Part shown: in pieces, positions 57,901 through 64,000 of the stretch
Layout: the number at the start of each line of letters is the position of its first letter
Numbering within the stretch: the first letter of the stretch is position 1
Source of the DNA: Lama glama
Lineage: Eukaryota
Direction: 5' to 3'
Assembly (NCBI GenBank): GCA_028534125.1
Contig: CM052842.1
Location: forward strand, 992,001-1,056,000
Length of the DNA stretch: 64,000 nt
Program-made: the position numbers and the translations under genes
Notes under the pieces: generated by a model
Databases searched by the model: none
Told to the model about the DNA's origin: nothing
The model's input: the letters and a program-made list of their open reading frames with translations, nothing else

Positions 57901-60900
57901 AACTCTCCAAGACCTGCGGCCGGCCCAGTGGTGACGGGGGCAGCAGGCCCCTCCTGCGCACAGGTGAGGCTCCTGGGTGGGGGCTGCGTGGTGCGCAATT
58001 GCTCCAGGCTTGCCGCCGTCCAAGGCTGTGGACCTGGTGCTCTCTGGGAGCCGATCCGAGTGAGGGCTTCCCTGGGCGTCAGGAGTTGCCCCTAACGAGG
58101 CTGGCTGCAGCCACCATGGGGAAGCCCCCCAGGGACAGCCGGGCGCATGCCTCTCAGTTGGCTGAGCCACCTCTGATTTTCCATGTTTGCTCCTGGACAA
58201 AGGAGATGAGCCAGGTACAGTGAACATGGCCTGGGCAAGCAAACACCTGGGGCCGCAGCTCCTGATCGCATTGGCAATGCCTCCCAGCTGTGTCTGGAGG
58301 CGCCGCCGCTGCCACACGCACCTCTGGGCCTGGGGAGGCAGGCGGAGGAGAAGGAAATGCTTTGGATTCGCTTATTGTACACATTAACTAGAAAAATATT
58401 TTGGTTTCAATCCATTTTTACTCCCATTTCTTTAAAAAAAAAAAAAGGTGAGGTTGCAGGCAGTGACTGTGGGGATTGCATGGGCCCAGCTGCCCTCAGC
58501 CCCCACCCCACCGCCACAGGGCAGGAGAGGGGAGGTGGGCACAGGGCCAGCTCTGCAGGGAGGCAGCCAGAATGCCCCTTCCGGAAGCCCTGCACTGCCC
58601 TCCCAGGGCCTCTGTCTGTGGGCCCGCGTACCCCGTGGCCCTCTTCTGGGCCCGGTGCACCAGATGCACCAGGCTCCCCAGGACAGGCTCTGTTCCGCCC
58701 CCAGATGCGTGCTTCCCACCTCTTCCTTGAGGTGATGGGCCTCGTGGCCTCTCAGAGCACTCTGCCTTGGCCTCGTGAGCTTGCCTGGTAGAGGAGCAGG
58801 TGCGGAGCACAGGCCAGGCTTCCTCAGGAGCCTTGGTGGGATTCAGCCCCAAGGGGCTAGCACCATACATCAGAGAACAGCCCTCCCTCTGCTCCCGGTG
58901 GGCCTCTAGCCTCAGCACACATGGTCTCTGGGGCCCCACGTGATCTCAGACCCCTCCTCTGTCCCTTGCCTCTTCCTGGACGAAGCAGAGCCCCTTCCAG
59001 CCTGCTGCTCCCCCTGAACCAGGTCCCTCACAGAGCTGCCCTGGCCAAGCTGCTGTGTGGGGTGGACAGAGCCATGGGCACCGGGGACCCCATCTGGTTG
59101 AGTCCACAAGGGGCTGGCAGCAGCCACTCTGCAGAGTGACCTCCTGGTTGGTCCCAAGTGACCAAGCCTCTCTGTGGGTCCTACCCTCTGGCCACAGCTA
59201 CCCTCCAGCCAGCTGTGGGGTGGGGGGTGCTCTTTGGCAAAGGGCACACCCAGCACCCACTGTCATTGTCCTATGCATCGTCCCCACTCCTCCTGCCCCC
59301 TTCTGAGCTGGCAGGCAGGACCCGGGCTCCACTCCCTGCTGTGGTCCCCAGACGCTGGACAGACAGGCTGTGGTTTGGAGCTGTCATGGCCCTCGCAGGG
59401 GTCTTGCTGCACGTGAGCCCGACCTCAGACGGGCTGGTGGGCCTGTGAGTGGGGCTACACCTACCACCTGGGCCCCTCACATCCACGTGGCAGGAGAGGC
59501 TGAGGGGCAGAAGCAGGTTTGGACTCAGCCTCCTCACAGATACCGAGTGGCCCCTTGTTAGAGCCTCCTGGGCACTGAGTCTGAGCGGAGGGGCCTGCAT
59601 CAGGGGCTGTGGGGGTGCCTCCTTTCTCCCCAGCGTGGCACCCCCACCTGCGCTGGCAGCCAGTGGGGAGGGAGCTGTTGCTCTCACTGGGGAGGACACC
59701 ATGCTGATCCCGCTCCCCTCCCAGGGCTGAGCTCCGCAGAACCCCGCCTCTGCTTAGAGGAGCGCAGCGGTGGCGTCTGGGCCTTCCCACTCCTATTCCC
59801 CCAGGCCCCCGGTTTCTGGGCAGTCAGATGAGGACAGAGGCCTCCAGGGACAGGGCAGGTGGGATCCCAGTAGGCCTCCTCCCTGCTGACCTGCCCCTGC
59901 AGGCCACCCATCTGACAAGCCTGCTGGCTGCTGAGAGGCAGCCCTGGGGCTCAGCCTTCCCACCTCGGTGTGGGGGCAGGGAGGTGGGGTCTGGAGCACA
60001 CCCCACAGGGCAGCTGGTCTTGGGGGCACGAGGCAGGGCCAACACAGCACCAGCTGCCTGGGCCCCAGTGCGGGTGGCCGACTGTCTGCAAGGAAGGTGG
60101 ATTGCTCCCGGCTGTGGGAATGCCTGCTGACCAGCAGCCCACTTAGATGAGTAATAATTAAAGAAATAAATTTTCTTCTCTGGTGTCAACAGAACTTTGA
60201 CTTCAGCAAGAAAGTGCAGCCCTCCTTGGGAGGGGGCAGGGGCTCCACCTCCCCTCCTCCTGGCTGCCCGTCTACGCTGGGCAGCTAATGCTCTGAGGCA
60301 GCATCAGCCCCTAGCTGGACCCTCAAGCCGTCCCAGGCTTTGTAGGGAAGAGAGGGGCAGAGCCTTGTCCCTGCTCATCTCCTGGCCCCCCAGCCCCAGG
60401 GGCAGGGCCTTCCTGCAGGCTGACCTCAGCCCCCTGAAACCCAGGGCTAGGTACTTCTCCCGGGTCTAAGGCCTGCCTGTGCAGCCTGGGACTCCTCCCC
60501 ACGTGCTTTGGCCTGGGACCTGGGGATACCCAGCGCAGGCTCGGACGGCTGCTCCACGGGTCTGGCATGTATCTCGACCCCGAGAGCCTGCCAGTCCCTG
60601 TGGTGGAACAAGGGCCCTGAATCCACCTGCCAGGGCCGCCTCCCTCAGCCTGGGCTGCCAGGCTGGCCCCTGGGCTTGTTCTGAGCCCCAGGTCCCAGAC
60701 TGATGCAGACTAGGCTGTGGTGGGCAGCCTCCCTGCTATTGACCTGCCACTGAGCGCCCCTGGGCAGGTAGTGGAGCTCTGTACCTCATCTGTGACCTGT
60801 GATCAGTGACCTGCGACCCCTCCCTAGGTTCTGTGTATTCAGTCTCACAGAACTGCATGTGAGAGGGCCCTGGCAGTCCGTCTGGGGCCTGCCTCCCTCC

Positions 60901-63722
60901 CGTCTAGACACCTCTTCCTGGGACTCCCTCTGTGCCAGGAAGCACCCAGTTTCAGTCTTCTTCCCAAGAGTGCATATGCCGGGCCACCTTGAGAGGTGGG
61001 GGCTACAGGAGCCCCCGACTCTCAGGGAGCAGCCAACCGCCTGGGCCGGGTGGGCGTTCTAGGGGGCTGCCTAGCTGGCTGTGTGTATTCCAGGAAGATC
61101 CCTGGGAAGTGCAGCTCCAGAAGGCTCTGAGGCCCCGTTTTCAGCTAAACTTTTTAGCGCCTCTCAAAGCCTCCACGGTCTCCTTTCAAGCCAGCTACTT
61201 TATGTGCATTTTTTAACACCGCAACACCGCAAAGCATTTGAAAAGGTGTCTCCTGTTCTTGTAAAAATTCCCACTACGAGCCCCACACTGGCATTTTTAT
61301 AAGAGCAAAAGTGCAAAGGGGAGTAAACCTGCCCTCCCCCCCAGAGGCCAGGCCTCGGGGCTGGTCTGACAGGCAGACACGTGATGACAGCGGTCCCTGG
61401 CGGGAGCAGGTGGCACCGCAACATCACGGCAGCCTGGGTGACAGCCCGGGGAGCCACGCTGACTGGCAGCTGTCAGACTGCTCTCTGTCACCCTCAGGCT
61501 GGCAGGTGCAGGGACACCACGTGCCATCTGGTCTGGCCACTCCTGCCAGCCACCCCCAGGATGGGTGTCCCCAGCCTAGAAACCAGACTTAAGTATGTCC
61601 TGGATTCTCCCTAAGACCACTTCCCACCGGCCCCTCACACCTTGAGACCCCTCTCTCCCCTCTGTGTCGCCATGTCCCCCTCCCCTGTTCACACACCATA
61701 CCAGCCCCACTCAGATCTCAGCCACCTGGGCCTAGGCCGCCGTGGAGGACACTTCCCTCCTGTTGGGGGTCTCACTGCTCAGGCCTGGAGCCACCTTTTT
61801 TTAACTTGAGGAGACTGAGGCTCAGAAAAGGGCAGGCCCTGGCTGGAGGGGCACCTCTAGCAGGGCCTTGAGGGCTGGCCTGGGAAGGGCACAGGGAGCA
61901 TCCGGGGGTGGTCAGGGCTTAGCAGAGGGTGGGAGGTGGAGAAGGGTGTCCAACGGCCCAGCCCCTGAGGCACAGAAGGGTTTGGGTGTGGACGGGCCGA
62001 GTAAAGTGTCGGGACATTTGTGTGACTGGGTGTTGGGCTCGGGATGGGCCCAAGATGAGCGGGCCCAGGGACAGCCAGGGAGGGGCTTGCAGGTGGCAGG
62101 AGGGCTGCCTGCCCAGGCTTCCCATGTGGCTCCAGTGGGAGTGGCTCAGAGCCAGGCAGCTTGGGGACGTCCCTTTTTAAACTTGGGATGCTTTATCATG
62201 GCCGCAGGTCACTAGAATTTCTGAGTGATGTCACTTGTGCCCCAGCCACCAGATCCATTTCAGCAGCTGCCTGTGGGAATCGGATCTGGTCTGGGAAGGG
62301 TCACACGTGTGTCTGAGGCACTGCGGAGCCTCTGTGGCTATTCTGAGCCGGCTCTCGCCTGCCCCACCCACCCTGGTCCTAGGCAGGAGCCTGGCATCTA
62401 AAAGGCAGGTGGGGCCGTGTGCCAGTCTGGACACCCCTCTGCAGGGCGGACTCCCAGTGCACACAACAGTGCCCCGCCTGGCCCGCGGCTCCAGCTCCGG
62501 GCCCCAGCTGCCCTGGCTGGGCAGTCACCTGCTCCCTCTCGGTCACCCTGGACCACTTCCTGAACAGCTCTCCTTCGGGCTGCAGCAGTGGTGTCAGAGA
62601 GGCCTTGTCTGGTCCACGCATGTGGGGCTCTGAGGAGCGTCTCACAAGGTGCCTCTGGCATCGTGAGGACCGGGCACCTGCCGGGGCTTGGGGCCACACG
62701 TGCTCATCGGGGCCTGTGCAGGCCGTGGTTGGCACACAGCTCTCTAGGGCCTGGGAGTCAGGATTTCAGGATTTACAACCATATACTTCTTTTTTCTTTT
62801 TATTTTACAACCCTTTGAATAAGCCATTCTTAGCTACTGCAAAGCCAGGTGGCATTCCCAGGCCCCGCTCAGGCCCACGTGTCCCTGGGTTCTGCTCCAG
62901 GCAGAGGGAGGCCCCACCACCCACTGTTCTGGGACCACCTGCCTTGAGGCAAAACCAGTGTGGCCTTGGGGAGCTGTGCCACCAGACCTGGTCCCTGCTC
63001 CTTGTCCCCGTGCCCATGTCTGCCGTCTCGCCTTGGCCTCCCACCAGCACGGGGTGGAGGGTGGCCCCGCAGCTTTCTGTCCTCCAGCACTGCATCCCCA
63101 GAGGGGCCTGGCAGGGCCTAGGAGGGCGAGCTGTTTCCTGGAGGGGGCAGCAGCGCCTGAGCTGAGGGTGGGGATCCCGAGGGGGCCGGTGCCACGCGGG
63201 AGGGCAGGGAGAGGACAGAGCCGGGGTGGGAGGCCTGGCGTGACCGGCCTTCTTCCCACAGGTCGGCTGGACCCTGCCAGCAGCTGCAGCCGCTCCCTGG
63301 CCAGGTACGTCCCTCAGGGTTGGATTGGGGGGGGGGGCCTCCCCATCCTCCCCTTCCTCCCTGGGGCTCATGAACCTCTGCCCCATCCCCAGCCGGGCCG
63401 TCCAGCGCAGCCTGGCCATTGTGCGGCAGGCGCGGCAGAAGAGGCGGAAGAGAAAGGAGTACTGCATGTACTACAACCGCTTCGGCAGGTGCAACCGCGG
63501 CGAGCGCTGCCCCTACATCCACGACCCCGAGAAGGTGGCCGTGTGCACCAGGTGCCCCCTGCCCCTGCCTCGGCCGTTGTGGGGGGCGCGCTGGCGTGGG
63601 TCTCGGGTCTCCCCAGGCGTCCCCACTCTCTCTGACCCTCCCCTTGGCGCAGGTTTGTCCGAGGCACGTGCAAGAAGACAGATGGGACCTGCCCCTTCTC
63701 CCACCATGTCTCCAAGGAGAAG
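3929..63722 (+). CDS. ZC3H3: Zinc finger CCCH-type containing 3, exons 1-8 of a spliced CDS, 3' end beyond the window
   Basis: Eight exons join in frame (46+1300+200+154+188+43+159+70 = 2160 nt) with GT-AG boundaries. The translation MEEKEQLRRQIRLLQGLIDDYK...KEYCMYYNRFGRCNRGERCPYIHDPEKVAVCTRFVRGTCKKTDGTCPFSHHVSKEK matches mammalian ZC3H3 as I recall it. Confidence 0.97.
5442..6741 (+). CDS. ZC3H3: ZC3H3 exon 2 (1300 nt; S/P/R-rich low-complexity region)
   Basis: Acceptor tttctctcttctcag|GTCTGATTGAC; open frame LIDDYKNLHG...RKKYSLVNRP...RKNNYKWVA...KSRTKIIRRRGGA, same frame as ORF 5624..6781; donor GG|gtatgt at 6742. Confidence 0.96.
8000..8199 (+). CDS. ZC3H3: ZC3H3 exon 3
   Basis: Acceptor tgtttctgcag|C; LPGDKKSSPPPAAAAKSQFSLRRRQALRGKSSPILKKTPNKGLMQVTRHRLC...AKE; donor AAG|gtacga. 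Confidence 0.95.
10945..11140 (-). mobile_element. Probable L2 3' end with degenerate (CCAT/CCAC)n tail
   Basis: ccacccattcatcc...ccatccatcc followed by tgcacctctgtgtgcaggcagtgtgctgg, like the reverse L2 terminus. Confidence 0.4.
11851..11869 (+). promoter_or_regulatory. Candidate CTCF site
   Basis: TGGCCAGCAGAGGGCGC fully fits the CTCF core CCASYAGRKGGCRC with the TGG 5' flank. Motif match only. Confidence 0.55.
11895..12610. promoter_or_regulatory. AT-rich TAAT-dense island, candidate conserved enhancer (contains N-runs 11939-12102 and 12146-12293)
   Basis: Abrupt AT-rich block with many TAAT/ATTA cores (gtaattga, ctaatt, gaattactaatga, ttaattt, ttaattga); no recognisable repeat or ORF. 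Confidence 0.55.
15440..17640 (-). mobile_element. Decayed L1: ORF1 and ORF2 endonuclease region
   Basis: Minus-strand peptides VAVLMSEKEDFKARSVTGDKRGHFTTVKDSIHQRDITTLN and HESFTKTDPKLGLKTSL resemble the L1 endonuclease; MAGNFPNLTK resembles the ORF1p ENFPNL motif. Confidence 0.85.
16251..16356 (-). mobile_element. Short polyadenylated retro-insert nested in L1, with 10-bp target-site duplication
   Basis: T11 at 16255-16265; TTTATT (AATAAA on minus strand) at 16280-16285; flanks ttgtctttct (16241-16250) and ttgtctgtct (16357-16366). Confidence 0.7.
22697..22739 (+). mobile_element. L2 3' terminal fragment
   Basis: cagcacacagtgggctcaccgaatgtctgttgaatgactga resembles the L2 end ...ctcaataaatatttgttgaatgaatga. 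Confidence 0.5.
24576..24611. repeat. 36-bp perfect alternating purine-pyrimidine tract (TG/CG/CA)
   Basis: cgtgtatgtgtgtgcatgtgcgtgtgtgtgcgcacg read directly. Confidence 0.85.
26380..26590 (+). mobile_element. Very decayed L1 ORF2 5' fragment in sense orientation
   Basis: taaatgtacgtgaactacatgctttaattaaa...ttatcagactgga...tgtgctgcttttaaatac resembles the start of L1 ORF2. Confidence 0.5.
27398..27459. repeat. Degenerate (TG/CA) repeat with three gtgcacatg units
   Basis: gtgtgtgtgcacatgcacac...atgtgcacatgcc...gtgtgcacatgt. Confidence 0.7.
30540..30860. promoter_or_regulatory. AT-rich TAAT-dense island, candidate conserved enhancer
   Basis: tttaattag, gctaatga, gattagtcattag, gtaatga, gaattaaa, palindrome tatttaaata; retained CpGs. 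Confidence 0.5.
32071..32125 (-). mobile_element. L2 3' terminal fragment
   Basis: attcaattcaacaaacatttatttattga...ctgtatgctggg is the reverse complement of the L2 end. Confidence 0.6.
33290..33515. promoter_or_regulatory. AT-rich TAAT-dense island upstream of exon 4
   Basis: ttaattat, caattag, ttaattgcat, gattaag and two TCAGCA motifs. Confidence 0.45.
33862..34015 (+). CDS. ZC3H3: ZC3H3 exon 4
   Basis: Acceptor tttccctgcag|CC; SSLHGLRPPPSSKVIKTRYRIVKKNP...SWRARRLSLS; donor CAG|gtagga. Not represented in the ORF track. Confidence 0.95.
34930..35275. promoter_or_regulatory. AT-rich island (contains N-run 35113-35252)
   Basis: Very AT-rich non-repeat sequence: agattaatttta, gataattt, atattaattca, ctaat. 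Confidence 0.5.
37880..38150 (-). mobile_element. MLT1-type LTR remnant
   Basis: tttctcacggtctgcaggctgggagtctgaggtcagggtgctggcagg and gagtttggggggacacagccttcagtcc are MLT1 hallmarks. Confidence 0.75.
41150..41870 (-). mobile_element. Decayed L1 3' fragment
   Basis: Minus-strand peptide KRSTSLVIRE resembles ORF2p KRCSTSLIIRE; L1M 3' UTR-like sequence at 41155-41260. Confidence 0.65.
42486..42688. other. N-run, 203 nt
   Basis: Undetermined or masked bases; left flank gtaaaaggtaatgtg. Confidence 0.99.
46112..46323. other. N-run, 212 nt
   Basis: Undetermined or masked bases; left flank ggtttaatttgcggt. Confidence 0.99.
46900..47640 (-). mobile_element. Decayed L1 ORF2 fragment
   Basis: T-rich block with ttttacatttaaa...acctggaatttattt and gttgtctcaggaccatttatta, typical antisense L1M ORF2 sequence. 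Confidence 0.65.
47695..48020 (+). mobile_element. MLT1-type LTR remnant
   Basis: tgggctgaat...gtctttgcagaggtgatcaaggttaaataaggtcatt...accttggtcttgaacttgcagcctccggaactgggaga follows the MLT1 LTR layout. Confidence 0.8.
48331..48365. repeat. (CAAA)n/(CGAA)n microsatellite
   Basis: aaaacacacaaacaaacaaacaaacgaacgaacaa. Confidence 0.8.
48400..48700 (-). mobile_element. Decayed L1 ORF2 fragment
   Basis: tttgtcttatttaaga...cctaccccaaggtca...tttcttctaga...tcacatttaagcct resembles antisense L1M. Confidence 0.55.
50513..50660. other. N-run, 148 nt
   Basis: Undetermined or masked bases; left flank gctaacatacgaaacaccgatagcttca. Confidence 0.99.
53985..54470. promoter_or_regulatory. Long AT-rich TAAT-dense island, candidate conserved enhancer
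   Basis: gataattt, ggattag, ccattac, cattat, ttaata, gttaatga, gaattac, cattaattt, ccattag within ~480 bp; ungapped. Confidence 0.5.
57776..57963 (+). CDS. ZC3H3: ZC3H3 exon 5
   Basis: Acceptor ccctgtctctgcag|G; SLVLNRLRP...WRSKGYRCIGGILYKVSANKLSKT...RPLLRT; donor CAG|gtgagg. Confidence 0.95.
61785..61840 (-). mobile_element. MIR core fragment
   Basis: ttttaacttgaggagactgaggctcagaaaag resembles ttttacagatgaggaaactgaggctcagagag. Confidence 0.5.
63262..63304 (+). CDS. ZC3H3: ZC3H3 exon 6 (43 nt)
   Basis: Acceptor ccttcttcccacag|GT; RLDPASSCSRSLA; donor CAG|gtacgt. Confidence 0.93.
63393..63551 (+). CDS. ZC3H3: ZC3H3 exon 7: basic stretch and CCCH finger 1 (C-X8-C-X5-C-X3-H)
   Basis: Acceptor ccccatccccag|C; RAVQRSLAIVRQARQKRRKRKEYCMYYNRFGRCNRGERCPYIHDPEKVAVCT; donor CAG|gtgccc. 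Confidence 0.96.
63653..63722 (+). CDS. ZC3H3: ZC3H3 exon 8: completes CCCH finger 2 (C-X7-C-X6-C-X3-H)
   Basis: Acceptor ccccttggcgcag|G; FVRGTCKKTDGTCPFSHHVSKEK; donor AAG|gtgagc. Confidence 0.95.
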
Positions 63723-64000
63723 GTGAGCTCCTGGCCGCTCCTGGCCTCCCTGCTGGCTGGGCCCAAAGTTTTCCCCTCCCTGTGTCTGTGTGAGGAGTCG
63801 AGAGGGTGACCTGAAGGCTGTGCCCCATCATCCCCACGCAGGTCCTGCCTTGGCCGCCTCTGACCCCGGCTGGAGGCTGCGCCTACCTGGAGGCTGTCCC
63901 TACACCACCCGGGGTCACCACCTCCATCCCTGTCACATACCCGGGGGCAGTGGCCCCACAGGTGTGCCCTGGCGGCCCCGGCCTCACCCCTGTCCAGCCC

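Noticed and set aside
61375-61470. Second C/D-like pair (GTGATGA at 61381, CTGA at 61459)
   Set aside because: No properly spaced terminal stem and no recognisable guide sequence.

Overview
GC-rich genomic DNA from a placental mammal. The window holds the CpG-island promoter and first eight coding exons of ZC3H3 on the + strand: CDS join 3929-3974, 5442-6741, 8000-8199, 33862-34015, 57776-57963, 63262-63304, 63393-63551, 63653-63722 (2160 nt, 720 codons, all introns GT-AG and phase-compatible). The gene continues past the right edge. Introns 3 and 4 are very large (25.7 and 23.8 kb) and carry decayed L1, L2, MIR and MLT1 remnants. They also carry a series of AT-rich, TAAT-dense islands that match no repeat I recognise and look like conserved enhancers, probably serving the downstream neighbour MAFA (inferred from recalled human synteny; MAFA is not in the window). 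All six N-runs (140-212 nt) fall in or beside such AT-rich or TAAT-containing sequence. Other points: two strong + oriented CTCF-like motifs, a ~106-bp polyadenylated retro-insert with target-site duplication inside an old L1, and an in-frame upstream ATG. Almost all ORFs in the supplied track are chance products of high GC content. I found no evidence for a wholly new gene system; the best lead is the intronic regulatory array. Repeat and island boundaries are approximate, read by eye.
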